The notes under the pieces were generated by a model that made no database searches, was not told where the DNA came from, and was given only the letters and a program-made list of their open reading frames with translations. Of a DNA stretch of 64,000 bases, positions 13,944-28,192 are shown piece after piece; the first letter of the stretch is position 1, and each line of letters starts with the position of its first letter. The stretch is from NCBI RefSeq assembly GCF_009914755.1, contig NC_060931.1; one strand, given 5' to 3'. Source of the stretch: the human T2T-CHM13v2.0 reference genome, Homo sapiens. Both the position numbers and the translations under genes were made by a program.

Positions 13944-14291
13944 GATTGTGGTTTGAGATTAAACAGAGATCACTGTGAGAGTATCTAGGTATGGAAGAAG
14001 AACCAGGATCCCTAACAATGTTATCTGCCTCTGCACAAAAGGTCTGGGAGAATTGCTTCTGTGACTCCTCCTTATTTTAACCCTTTGAGTCCCTTGGTTT
14101 TGGCTTCAAGAGTGCATAGTAGCTAAGCGGAGTCAAGTTCATATTCTGAGTATGGATATCCTCCAAAATAGGGAAGGTCCAAAGGATCAACAAGCAAGTA
14201 GGAATGGGATATTAAGCAAAGAACAAAAGAGCCAGGGAAATAAATGTGTTTATTACAAGGCGGGCAAGATCTCTTGAGTGAAATGTAAGTG

Positions 14292-15030
14292 TGTTAGAAA
14301 GGATAGTGTATTAGTCTGTTCTCACGCTGCTAATTAAGGCATACCCAAGACTGGGTAATTTATAAAGGAAAGAGATTTAATTGACTCACAGTTCCACATG
14401 GCTGGAAAGGCCTCACCATCATGGTGGAAGGTGAATGAGGAGCAAAGTCATGTCTTACATGGGGGCAGGCAAGAGAGCTTGTGCAGAGGAACTCCCATTT
14501 ATAAAACCATCAGATCTCATGAGACTTATTCACTATCATGAGAACAGTATGGGGAAAACTGCCCCTGTGATTCAGTTATCTCCACCTGGCCCCACCCTTG
14601 ACATGTGGGGATTATTACAATTCAAGGTGAGATTTGAGTGGGGACACAGCCAAACCATATCAGGTAGGAAGCTGTAAAAAATAAATCCCCAAATCATAAC
14701 AACTCAACACAACAAAGGATTATGTTTTACTCACTTCACCAGTTGTGGTTGGTGGGGGTTGGGCATCACACAGCCACTCTTCACCCAGACACAAGGAAGC
14801 AAGAGTGTCTCATTTTCTACCCCTTGCAGTCACCATGGCAGAGGTGAAGAGAGCTGGAGAGCCGGTCATCTCTTCTTAAATAAGTGGCTCAGGTGGAACA
14901 CAAGTCTTTTCTATCATTGTCCACTGGGCAGAATTAGTTAAATGGCCCCATTTGCAAGGGTGGGGAAATGTGCATGGATGTTTATGTGCATGGATTCATT
15001 CTCTTCAAAAACAAGTGAGCAGCATTTCTG
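14292..15030 (-). mobile_element. Old MLT1 (MaLR) LTR interrupted by THE1
   Basis: ccccaaatc...caacacaacaaaggattatgtt and ccactgggcagaattagttaaatggcccc resemble an antisense old MLT1; split at 14307. Confidence 0.55.
14307..14662 (-). mobile_element. THE1 (THE1C-like) MaLR solo LTR
   Basis: tgtattagtctgttctcacgctgct ... ggggacacagccaaaccatatca; 5-bp TSD gatag/ggtag. Confidence 0.93.
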
Positions 15031-17057
15031 CCAGGCTGTTTGAAGGACAGTCTCCCATCTGAGAGGTTCTGTGGCTGAGCCACCAAGCTCAGAGGGGCTG
15101 TGGAGGGCTTATCACACTGGCAAGCTACAAAGCTGTTGCTTTAGACTTGGGTTAGCCTGTGCTTATATTCTTGGAACTGATGCTTTTGACTGTCCTCTTG
15201 GTTCCCAATTCTGCCTTTACTTGGGAAGCTGCTGTCTCCTCTTAGCGTAGCTACTGTGGATCAGATTGGAAGGAAGAGGTCACACACCAGCATGCTGTCT
15301 GTTCCTGATTTATTTTGCTGATGATACTGACAGCAGCAGGAGGAGAGGCAGTAGATTTGTGTGTGGCATTTCTTTGTCCATGGTCTTCTAAAAGGAATAC
15401 TGCTGCCTATGGCATGTTCAGTACAGGATGAATACAACAGAGTCCAAAAAGAAGCCACTTTCTTCTACACCTTCCCTTCAGTAGTCAGGCCTATATTTCT
15501 ATTCCAGAAAAATGTACACTAACAATCTGCCCACATTCTTTTAAAGGAGAGTTTACCATAATCTGGCCTCACTGGTTCAGCATCTGCACAGTCACGTCCT
15601 CGCTGCAGGGAGAAAACAGATTCCATGCCAGGGGACCTTGAATGGTATCTCTGCCTTCAGCTCTGGCACTCCAGTCCCCATTCTTAGGCTGGAGCAGGAT
15701 TTGAGCTCCTGTTTACATTAGTTGGGCAAACGTCCACCTATGGGTAAATGAAAGGGCACAGCCAGGTTCAATGATGATAGGGAGTGACTCTGGAATACAT
15801 GGTATCCACTACTTCAGCATCTTCTGGCCAGACCTGTGGTGGACTCATGTCACAATTAGCAGGAACAGAGGAACAATGGATGACCAAGGAAATACTAAAA
15901 GGGTTGGGCCACTGAGAATGTCATCAGCAGCATTTATGCCAGAACATCGCACAACAACACAAGACAGTGCCAGCAGCTTTTGTTAGGGCAAGAGGCAAGG
16001 AAATTAGCATAGATAACAGGGCTCAGAACATCGGGCACAGTTGCCCTCTGCGTAAATGTCAGTCTTCTTGACATGGGCCACTGGCAGCCTGATGCGGACC
16101 TTGGCAGGTACTGGCATTCTCAGCAGTGCTTGGCAGGTATGGAGGGTCGTGCTTTTGGAGGGCGCCAGCAGTAGATTTCCTGCTTTTGGTCTTGGCAGAG
16201 ACAGGAAACTGGATCCGTAGACAGCAGAGATAGGGGAGGAATAAAATGGCCTATACCATGTGTCAAGCAAGAGGGCTGAGTCAGAGAGCACACCAGAGAC
16301 TGCTCTTATGATTTCCAGAAACATCTTGGAGAAATCTGAGGAGGATTGGAGTTTCTGCAAGAGGCTGAATATGCAAAAAGACTTGCTGGCCTATGAATGA
16401 GACCTAGGACTCCATTAAGATACAGGCATCCAGGTGGTTCTTTTTCAAGCTTTTGTTCTTTAAATATTTGTTCAGTACATAGTTGAACTAAATTCAACTG
16501 AATTTACTGTAGAAAGTCAAAACTAAATTTCCACTAATAAAAGTTATGAACCTTTTGAAACTTCAAAACAAGGAATTATATATATTTTATGTAATGATAA
16601 CTTTTAGCTATCATTTTGTTTATGTTAGGCATTTATTATGTGCAATTGTTTTGCTCCTAATAACTTCTTGGGAGTCACCTGGTGCCATACACATTTGTAA
16701 AATTAAAGCAGTGCTTTATGTCTGTAGGCAGCCCTGTGCTGTCTCCTACCTGGCCTCCGAATTCTAGCTAATTCTGAGAGTGACTCTGTTGGGATTATAG
16801 CATGGCACATCATTGTTGAAATACTCACCAGGAAGGAGTGGCCTCAGTGGCAAGTGTGATGGGTGTTTTCTTTACACATTTATTTAAAGCTCTTGACTTT
16901 GAAAGAAGTAGAAGCAATTTACATTTTGCCAGTTATTAAAAGATATATGTGGAGCCCTGAAGATTTGGCACTGTGTTTCTGATGCCGTCCAGTGACATGT
17001 TAGCTCTCCTTATGATTTGGTGGCCCCAGCAGCCATCATCTGGTTGGCCCACTTCTT

Positions 17058-17353
<296 letters not shown>

Positions 17354-17999
17354 AAGGTTGGCCCACTTCTTAACTGAGCTCTGGTGTGATTCTGTTCTTC
17401 TCTCCAGCCTTCTATAGACTGAGAAGTACTGTCACTTATATGAAGGTAATGCCATTGAACCAGTATGAAAAGATCGATTCTTTTGGATAGATTTTTAGCA
17501 TTGAGGTCTGGCGCTGTTCCTTCTGGCTTCTACTGCAGCTTCTCTTAATTGGCTTTCTCGCTCAATCCCCAATTGATAATGTTGCTGCAGCTTTATTTTC
17601 AAGTCCTGAATGAGGAGCTCTAAGGGATCCTAAATTTTTATGAACGAACTTGTATCTCAGTGGGCTGAAGAGCAGGCCTTGAGTCCAAGTCCCAAGCACA
17701 GCTCCTGTGTAAAACCCATTGCCTAGCTCCTGTATTCTGGAACATCCCTACACAGTCTAATGAAAAATAAGTATTGGGTTTGTAAACAAAGTCTATGTCT
17801 TAATTCAGATTTGTTTGAAATTTCATTGCTAGGGGAAACCCAGGAGAGCCTTTCACTGAGCTTTTGCTTTGTTTCTAGAGCCTCCTCCATTATCTGAAGG
17901 GGGATATAGTCCTAACAAGGGTGATTAGGTAATCAATGGGCTTGGCCAAAGAGGTAGACCATATTTTTGTTTGCAAATCATTTACCCCCCTTCTCTGTT

Positions 18000-18340
18000 A
18001 AGAGAATCGCACATCTCAACCCATTGTTTGTGACTTTTGATGCCTTCTGTAGGAATAGTCAAATGTAGTTTGTGTGATTCATTTTGATTAACAGCATATG
18101 AGTAGATGTGGCATTGGCCCTGTCCAGGAAGAAGCTTTAGGCACATGGAGGCTGCTTCAGCCCGGATGATGTGAAGAGACAGTAGAGTAGAGATACAGGC
18201 TATCTGTAATTGAAACAAAACCACACTGGACCTGCAGCTGACAGGAAACACACCTGACACAAGAACTTTTTTTTGTAAGGTGCTGAGATTTGTGGGGGAC
18301 ACTGTTACACAGTGTGACCCAGCAAATACTGGCTAATGTG
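18000..18340 (+). mobile_element. Old MLT1 LTR fragment
   Basis: 3' end tgtaaggtgctgagatttgtggggacactgttacacag...ctggctaat is typical of MLT1. Confidence 0.5.
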
Positions 18341-18825
18341 CATACGATGTCGCTAGAGTGGACCCTAGCTCATTTAATAAAAATGGTGATTCAGCAGCTA
18401 GAGTCAGGGAAATACTGAGTGGCATATAATACAGATGAGGTTGTTGTCTTATTTCACGCATGGCCTGAAATAAAAGTAGGCAGTCATGACAGGGTTGTGA
18501 AGCTTGAATAAATGGAGCAACTAATTTTGGAATTTCATTTTATCTTCACCCTCACCTATCATTTATTTGTGGAGGGCTTACTGTGTGCAAGGTACTGTGC
18601 TATGTTGCAGATGCTGACTGTACAAAGAGGCATAGAATATAGTCTATGAACTCTAAACTTAAGGATGCAGTTGGGATAAATATGATGATACTCATATGAG
18701 GGTAGCACGTGAACTACAGAGAGGATACATGCCATAGGAAATTCGAGAAAGGAATTCTTATTTTAGATTAAGCCATTTAATTACAAGGCAGAGGCTATAT
18801 TTTATTTTGATTTGTGCCCTCCAAA

Positions 18826-19020
18826 CAGTGGTATATTGGAGCTGGTTCATACTGACTCAAGTGAGCCTATGACGCATGTCTGTTCCTGACTCTGGGTTCA
18901 GGATATCAGATGGTAGTTTGAAATTAGCCATGGTAGAAGTATTTATACCACAGACCAGCAAATACTAAAAATTAGGGCTTTTAAAAAATGTTTGAGAGGC
19001 AGTGTATCAATATGCTTCTG
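18826..19020 (+). mobile_element. MER63A-like hAT DNA transposon
   Basis: cagtggtatattggagctgg ... ttgaaattagccatggtagaagtatttataccac; 8-bp TSD cctccaaa/cctccaac. Confidence 0.8.
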
Positions 19021-21479
19021 CCTCCAACTAATATGAGGTACAAAGAGTTGAAGTGAATTGAATTTTTCTCATAGTGTACTGAGAGGTTTTGAAATGAAGA
19101 ATAATTTCAAAGGTGGTTTTTAGGGATATATTAATCTGGCATTGATACACAGGAAATGCAAGAGGAGAGAAACTCTGTGTAGCCAGAAAACGGTAATGAG
19201 CCTCTTAAAATAATCTAGGAACAAGGAACTAAGGAAGTAACTCTTACTTAGGAAGAGATGAATCAAATAACCTTTTAGTGAACACTTTAATTTTGGCAAA
19301 AAAGTTCAAGGTAAATGACCCTTAGTAGATACTCTTTAAATACTTGTTGAATTAAATTGAATTCAAGAACTTTGTTCCAGAATTTAAAATTCTCTGTTCT
19401 TTTTCTTTTCTCCTGTACTCCTCTAGACTTTTGTTCATTCTCTTTGACCTTTATTTGCTTGTACATATTTCTGTTTTTTATGTAGCTCTCTTTTTCTATC
19501 ATTTTTTCTTTCTCTACTTCAGTCCTAGAGCAGTTAGTAACCAATCACCTTATTAGCTGCCTAGAAACTTGGATAACAAAATCTCTTGGCAGGTGGGTTT
19601 TATATGTGGAGTGGTAGATCCATTTCTCCAAAAGAACAGGTAATTTGTATTCTCCAACACAGGTATTGCAACATTGAGGCTATTTCTGGATTGAAACATA
19701 CTTCATGCTTTCCACATGCTTATTTAGCTCATTTCAGTAACATTTTATAGATGAAAACAACAAAATGAATGATAATATGAGTTACCTTTAAAACTTCAAT
19801 GTGTCTGTCAAATTAATTGCACCACCTAAACACCAAATTCATTCCTTTAATTGAAAGTCTTATAGGTGCTCCCCCCTCAGCATATGCTATAGTTAATGAT
19901 CAATTGTTGCCACAAACGATTTAACATTTGTATACACATGAGATGACATGGTCATAATTCATGGAAATGCCAATGCTGTGAAATAAGCACAAACAGTGAT
20001 AAATGTGCTGTCAATTTCTATATAATTACCACAGATCTATCATGCTATTTTGGTATGTTGAAATGCATTAGAGCATACCAAATGTGCATCATCCCAGTGA
20101 TCAATATCCTATTTCAAATACAAACGTTACTGTATAATTATCATGTTATTCTTTCTGATGGTTTTCTATTGAGCTATGTTGCATTTCAATTTAAAAAGTA
20201 AAATCACAGAGTGTCCACCTGGATTAGAATTACTACACTGTTCACGATTAGCACATGGTTGATACCTGCAATTTTAATTTAGACATTAATTATGGTTTGT
20301 GACTTCACTAACATGTTAGATAATTTAATTTGTCCACTTGAAATAGTCTCTTCTGGCTGACTATATTTCACCCTAAATAAATCTTACACTCTGAGACTTG
20401 GCTCTGAAAATGCGTTCTTTTAGTGTGTTTCTTTGATCTTTTCTTCCTTCCTTGCTGTTTTGCTGTGCTTTCTGTTTCTTGGTTCTGTTTATTTAATTTT
20501 GCTGAGGTGGTGGTGTTTTCTAGGTCAAAGATTGAGTTCAACTAGGAAGGACTAGTAATTGTACAATATAAAACTACCTCTCTGCCAGGTAAAACAGACT
20601 ATTTTTGTACAGTCAGATACTTTAAAACATTTTCTGATAGTTTCTAGAAACAAAAGAGGGAACATAAACCCTGCGGTTTTGCAGGCTTCCCAGCTTAATC
20701 ACATGCTTTTAAAAGTGCAGCAAGGTACACCCCTGGCCTTGCTCAGTGTCCCTGAAGACCCACAACAGGTAGTAACTGGTAATGTGTCTGAAGCCTGCAT
20801 CTGGCTTGCCTGAAGCTCCAGGTCTGATGTCACCCAGTCATCAAGTGCACTGGCAGAGACCTCAGCAGCCACCTCTCCAGGCTGCTCTGTTGTTGTCTCG
20901 TTGCTGCATAAGCAGTCTCATATTTTAGAAGTCAAATAACCTTAGTTTCTTTTTGGAAAAAAATGAGCATTCACTGGGAGATAGTAATCTAGTAAAGATT
21001 TTAAAAAACAGGTTAACTTGTGGTCTGAACATCTAAGCAGAAAAATCGTGACCTTTGAAGAAAGCATAATGCAGGAGGAAGTGAGAAACCTGGGAAACTT
21101 CTAGGATGTTTTCTAAACCTGCGGATGGTCTGTGGATATAGCGTGCGTGCTCATCCCGAGGTCTATGGAGAAGCAGCTGTACCAGGGGTGGCAGCAGGGT
21201 TTCTCTGCTGTTCTCTTACCTCTCTTCGACTAATATATTCTTTTGGGCCAAGGAAATCCTATATCCAATTGATAACACAAACTAGACAAGAAAACATGCA
21301 GGCACGCCCCTGGGATAATTCTCTGGAAGCATTTTTCAGGACTCCCTGGCCTCCAGCCTGCCTTTCCACATGGCTGCTTACCTTTGCCTTGTGATTTCTG
21401 TGGACTTTCAAACCTTCATGGTAAACCAAATTCATTATCGGAGTTTTCCCTTCCCCTTCCTGTCACTTTCAAATACGAA

Positions 21480-21930
21480 TTTTAACACCGGTCCCTTGTG
21501 ACCTCCTCACTCAATTTCACCCTCATCCTAACTTGTTTACTTCCAAACCTACTGACTTTCTGTCCTGTGTGTTGGCCATGCTCCATCCTGCCGCAGAGCT
21601 GTTGTCCAAGACTAAATAATTCTTTCCAGTTTTTCCCTTGTTAATTTCTATCATCTTTCAGATAAATCTTGGTTCAAGTGTCAATTTCAATGAGAATCCC
21701 TTCCTGATCTCCCTGGCCAGGGGAAATCCTCTTGCAACATCATCAGGTTTATATGTTTGATTAGTTGATTAAGAGCTTCCTTCTCCACTAGATTGTAAGG
21801 ACCACAAAGGCAGGAATCATGTCTGATTTGTTCATAGTATCTGTTAATACATCCTCTCCCCTCACCGTATGTAAGTGTGTGTGTGCATTTATTTAAATAT
21901 ATGTAGATACATTTATAAATGAATGAATGG
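21480..21930 (+). mobile_element. L2 3' fragment
   Basis: ctagattgtaag...aaggcaggaatcatgtctg and terminal aatgaatgaatg. Confidence 0.6.
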
Positions 21931-23370
21931 GTAGCAAAAACTCATTACAGCTATTTGTAATTCCATTATGAAATTATCTAATCTGTATATACAAGGAGGA
22001 CAACAAATGGCAAATACAGATATTAGTAACACAAATAACTTTTCAATATAATTTCATAACTTCTCTAAAATAAGATATGATACTTAAAGCTTTGTAACAG
22101 CATATTTTAAAAAATGGATTGTAAAAAACACTTTTCTACATGTTCTCTCATTGAATTCTCAGAACTGCTCTATCTCCATTTTAGAGTTAAGGAAGGTGAG
22201 ATCAGTTAAGGCAAGAAACTCTCTGAGGGTAGAATTTGAACCTAGAATATCAGTTCTAGGACAGAGCTCTTTCTATAACACAAAACTGCTGCCATTTCTA
22301 GTATAATATTATCAGCTAATATTTGATTTAATTAATACTACCCAAAATATTTTATTTTAAATGCATTTATAATTTTCTGTGATATGTGTGAATTTTGATT
22401 TTAATTATGCTGCTTTTGTATCAAGATACTGATAGAAATCAGAAAAACATGGGTTTGTTTACCTGTATTTTTAACTTATGCAAAATTTTTTAATGACACT
22501 GCTACAAACTAACATGCTACAACTGTTTCTCCATTATATAAGATGGGGAGATTTTGCTTTTCATCTAGAGGTTTTCAAACATCCATATGTTGAGTATTTT
22601 AGCCCTAGCAGGCATATTATGCTGTTTATGAAGGCAGAAGGTCTGAAACAGGGCCAGGCATTTTTAAAGATGAATTTTATCAGAGAAACAAAAAGCTGTT
22701 GGTAATACTGGTCTTTGTTCCCCCTTTGTGGGCAAAGGAAACTCGCAAATCAAGAAGAAAGTTAATCATTCCTTCATAAACACTGAAACCACCTATGAAA
22801 CCCTTTCAAAATTATCTAATTGAACTCAAACCAGCCATGTTCTTCCTCTGTTCCTCCTGGAAATTAAAGGGATAAAATATTGCACAGGAAGACAAGTTCC
22901 TAGTTTGTATGTTTTGCTGAAGGCAGCCACCCTCCTTGCTACTGCAGACCTATCATCTACCTTTTGGGTGTTTGCTGCATTCTATCCCAACAGTTTGCTG
23001 AGGCTGGCAATAACTATTAATTTCTAAGCAAATAACCCTTCCTTTGTGTGGCAAGTTTCTTACAGTAATTAAAAGCAAGGACCACATATTTGAACATTAA
23101 GGAAAAAAAAACAGCAGATTTTTATGTGTTTCAAAGAACTTATATTAATATCAACTGGCTTCTCACCATCTATTGCAAGTTAAAATAATTAGACGTAACT
23201 CTTTGTAATACACATTTTCAGGGAGAATACAGGGCTAGGGGATCTCTTCTACGCTATTTTGTGTGGGTATACAACTGGCATAGACTCTTTGAAGGGTAGT
23301 TCAATAATTTATTTCAAAATGTTAAAAGCACCTATCCTTTCATTCAACAAATTCATATTTAAAATTTATG

Positions 23371-23696
23371 TCATGGATGCTATTATCCTTAGCAAACTAT
23401 TAATACCACAGAAACAGAAAACCAAATCCTGCATGTTCTCACTTATAAGTGGGAGCTAAATGATGAGAACACAGGGACACAGAGAAGGGAACAACACACA
23501 TTGAAGCCTATTGGAGGGTGGAGGGTGAGAGGAGCAAGAGGATCAGAAAAATAATTAATGAGTACTAGGCTTAATACCTGGGCGATGAAACAATCTGTAC
23601 AGCAAAACCCCATGACACAAGTTTACCTATATAACAAACTTCCACTTGTACCCCAGATCTTAATATAAAAATTAAAAATGATTTTTTAAAAATGAA
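23371..23696 (+). mobile_element. L1PA13-16-type 3' end, 5'-truncated
   Basis: catgttctcacttataagtgggagctaaatgatgagaacac ... tactaggcttaatacctggg; TSD taaaatttatg at 23360-23370 and 23697-23707. Confidence 0.9.
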
Positions 23697-23908
23697 TAAA
23701 ATTTATGGATTTCTCACCTATGTACATAAAAATAAAAAAGAAGCAATCCAAATATCAATCAATAAAAATAGGTATATAAATTACGGAAAAATTGGGAAGA
23801 CATATCGCTAAATGAGAAAAATCTAAATGAGAATATTATATATAGAATATTTCCAAAGTGCATGATATTTATGTGTATGTACGTGTATGTGTAGATATAT
23901 GTGCATGT

Positions 23909-24429
23909 TGTACCAGTGAAAAGGCACCCTGGCATGACTAACTCCATTTTGCTCCTAACCCCTCATGGAGGTATCTTTCAGGTTAACTGCCTTTGCTTAT
24001 CTCTGCATGTAGGCCAAGCTAACTACGAGAGGAACTTAGCTTGTTGTTTAAATGATAATAATCCCTTCCTAAAATGAGTCCCAAGGAGTTAAGGATGGTG
24101 TACACACAAGTAACAATGTTGTACTGAGGATCTGTGGGAGTGTTGTGACTCTCCAAAGATGGAGAGGTTTCCTGGCCTCCTCATACATTCACTGGCACCT
24201 AGATGTCTCCGGTCATCAGGTGCCTCCTGATCCCAAACCCCTCCTCTTCCCCCTGCCATTAACATAAAAAGGGCCTGAAATTTGTACTGATTTAAGATGG
24301 TTCTTTAGGACATTAGTCTGCCTTCTTCTCAGATGGCTCTGCAAAAAGTTACCTTCCTTGCTGCAACTCCTTGTCTCTTGACTTACTGGTTGCCATGCAG
24401 TAAGCAGAATAAGTTTGGATTCAGCTACA
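23909..24429 (+). mobile_element. ERV1 MER4-group solo LTR (LTR8/LTR54-like)
   Basis: TG..CA termini, gactaactccattttgctcctaacc, gtaggccaagctaacta, TATA-like cataaaaa. Confidence 0.75.
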
Positions 24430-24680
24430 ATATGTGTAGGAAATTTGTGATAAGATACTTAAAAATGTTTAACAGTAGTCACATCTGTAAGGTGAGAATG
24501 AGAAAAAAAATGCTGGTCTTTTTTTACTCTTTGCATTTTTCAAATAAATTCATGTACGACTTTTTTATGGTAAAAGATTATTTAAACTTTAAAGTACATT
24601 GAGAATCTTGAAGTAAGATGGCAGTAAGTGAATTATGTTTGATTTACTCTCTTCCATCTTTCTGTAAATCTATAGTCTGT

Positions 24681-25861
24681 ACTTAAATATAAGAACTGAA
24701 ACTATAAAAATCCTAGAAAAAAATCTAGGAAATATGATTCTGGACATAGGCCTTGACAAAGAATTTATGATTAACTTTTCAAAAGCAATTACAACAAAAC
24801 CAAAAACTGACAAGTGGGGCCTAATTAAACTAAAGAGCTTCTGTACAGCAAAGGAAACTATCAACAGAGTAAGCAGAGAACCTGCAGAATGGAAGGAAAT
24901 ATTTGCAAACTACACATCTGACAAAGATCTAGTATCCAAAACAATACTAGATATTCTTAGTGTATCATTATACTTAGTTCATTCTTAATATAATGATCTT
25001 AATTCAACAAGCAAAGAACAAATAATCCCATTAAAAAGTAGGCAAAGGACATAAACAGACACTTCTCGAAAGAAGACCTACAAGTGGCCAAGAAACATGA
25101 AAAAATTCTCAACATCACTAATCATCAGAGGAATGCAAATCAAAACCACAATGAGAAACCATCTCACACCAATCAGAATGGCTATTATTAAAAAATCAAA
25201 AAATAGTAGATGTTGATGAGGCTGTGGAGAAAAGGGAATGTTTATACACTGTTGGTAGAACTGTAAATTAGTTCAGCCACTGTGGAAAGCAGTTTGGAGA
25301 TTTCTCAAAAAACTTACAACAGAACTACCATTTGATCCAGCAATCCCATTACTGGGTATATACCCAGAGGAAAATAGATCATTCTACCAAAAAGTCACAT
25401 GCGCTCATATGTTAACTGCAGCACTATTCACGATAACAAAGACACAGAATCAACTTAGGTGCCCAACGGTAGATTGGATAAAGAAAATGTGGTACATATA
25501 CACCATTGAATACTACACACCCATAGAAAACAATGACATCATGTCCATTGCAGCAACATAGATGTAGCTGGAGGCCATTATTCTAAATGAATTAACACAG
25601 GAACAGAAAACCAACTACTGCATAGTCTCACTTAAAAGTGGGAGCTAAACGCTGAGTACTCGCAGACGTAAAGATGGGAACAATAGCCACTGGGGACTCC
25701 TGGAGGAGGGAAGGTGGCAAAGGTTGAAAAACTACCTATTGGGTACTAGGGACATGACCTGGGTGACAGATTCAGTCATATCCCAAACCTCAGAATCACA
25801 CAATTTACCCATGTGTACATGTAACACTGAATCTAAAATAAAAATTGAAGTTAAAAAAAAA
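24681..25861 (+). mobile_element. L1PA15/16-type element, 5'-truncated (ORF2 C-terminus, 3' UTR, A tail)
   Basis: ORF 24734-24988 ([21 protein letters not shown]) is L1 ORF2; 3' UTR gttgaaaaactacctattgggtact. Confidence 0.93.
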
Positions 25862-26071
25862 GTAAATGGAAGCTTGCTTTAAAAAAATATTCTGCCAGAA
25901 GGGTTTCTTGGTAAAATAATTGAGAAATGTTCCATATTTTCTCTCCTACTAAATAGAAGATAATATAATACAATTTGGTAATTAAAGCCTCTGAGAAGTC
26001 CTTCTTCTATGGTAAAGAAATCCGATCCCTGCCACCCCCACACCTGAAAATCTATAGTCTATAGTAAAAGC

Positions 26072-26208
26072 TTATTTATTTATCTTCTTATTTTTAGAGA
26101 CAGGGATGTTGCTGTGTTGCCCAGGCTGGCCTCATACTCCTGGGCTCAAGCAATCTTCCTGCCTCAGCCTCCTTAGTAGCTGGGACTGCGGGTGCACACC
26201 ACTGCCCC
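26072..26208 (-). mobile_element. FLAM / Alu monomer
   Basis: agagacaggg...gttgcccaggctggcctcatactcctgggctcaagcaatc...gtagctgggact; single arm. Confidence 0.85.
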
Positions 26209-26239
26209 CCTACTATTTATTTACCTTTAAACTTTAACT

Positions 26240-26740
26240 GCCTACTCTTTCCCCATCCTCCACTATACCACTTCCTTCACCCCCAAGACAGACTGGGTGA
26301 CTCGTATTACGTGGTGAGATCCTCTTGTCACAGCTGTATAGATCAAGAATCACTTGACCAATAAGAAATTCTCCCTCTGGAATTTTGAACTAGAACTAGG
26401 GCATTTGTCAGTTTGGTCTCTCTTGAGCCCAGACACGTAGTTCCAAGATTGAAGTAATTGTTTTAAACATGCGCAAGGGAAGTAGAAAAAGGTGGTTTGC
26501 CTAGAGGGAAAAAAATGCCACAGATGACCCCAGAAACAGACATTGGCCATGGGGCTGAACAGAGGCTGAGGCAATTGCTTCCTTGAACTCGTTTGACCCA
26601 TCTGTTTAGTCTCTTATGATGCCCACCTGTACTTCTTACCTTTGGATTAGTGAGTCTCCCACTAAAGCCTCATTGTGTTTTGTTTAAGCCAGGTAGAGTA
26701 GAATTTTTATTACTTGCTTCTGAAAGTACTCAGACTGATG
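26240..26740 (+). mobile_element. Old ERVL LTR (LTR33/LTR16-like)
   Basis: gaccaat..gaattttgaactag and 3' end gtttaagccag..ttacttgc..gactgat. Confidence 0.45.
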
Positions 26741-27721
26741 GTGCCCATGGAGACACAGGAAGACCAAATCCCACAACAGTACTGGAAACCAGGTTACCCA
26801 TATGCCGCATGTGGGAGACATTTCTACTTATTGCTATGAGAATGAGGAACTGAGAAACAGGTGCCTCAAACTGCTCCATCCTTGGGCAAGTTCAGAAGCA
26901 GGAAGGAAGAGATATGACATGCCAAAGTTAACTATCTGAATTTAAAGACACGAAAGCAACACCAAACAGAAATTTGGGCAGGCCCTCTGGACTGCTACTT
27001 TCCCAGCTTCCCCCACCTGATAGCAGTCCGTTCAGAAAATGCAGTTCGAGTATATAATTAACTGACCCAGGTGAGGGAGCAGGTGGTTGGGGCAGGGTAG
27101 GACATAAAATTATAAAACGAGTGATAATTGCCCAGGAGCAGAGAAAGGAAGTGGTATATGTAAGAAAATGTTGTTTTTCATTTATAGTCAAAGAAAAATA
27201 GTTGTGAACTGGTTTAAAAATTACAGGATACAAACTCGATTCCAGAAGATCAAAGAACTACCGCTATTCAACAAAGTTGCCCAAGATTAATTTCTAGTAG
27301 GTCCTGGTATTGAACTCAGTTATTCATAGCAACCTACCCTCCAGGTTCATATTTGGAAATGGAATCCAATTAACCTGTTAATACACTTGAGGAAAGAGAA
27401 GTTCTTCTACATACTTATATCAGGTATTGGCAAAAATGTATCTCCATAGATCTCTGTCTTCATTTAAAGATGAATAAACAAGGAAAAATCAGGTACTACC
27501 ACCACCCCACAAAAAAAGGCAGTAAAACATAAAAAGAGAAAAAAGGGGAAAGTCTGAAAGTAAAACTCGTCCATTACCACAAAGAGAAAAAACAATAGAA
27601 AATAGGTACTTTATATTCTTGCAGAGCTAAAAGAACATTTTTTAAAATAACATAAGGATGGGTCACTATGAGGGGGAAGATGGAAGCAGTGAGTAGCAGA
27701 ACACATAAAAAGGTAAGGAGA

Positions 27722-28192
<471 letters not shown>

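Noticed and set aside
16004-16360. 118-aa ORF as a possible processed pseudogene or microprotein
   Set aside because: No recognisable homology, poly(A) or TSD, and it begins at a non-ATG codon.
24734-24988. ORF with real protein similarity
   Set aside because: A fragment of L1 ORF2 in a truncated, disrupted element, not a host gene.
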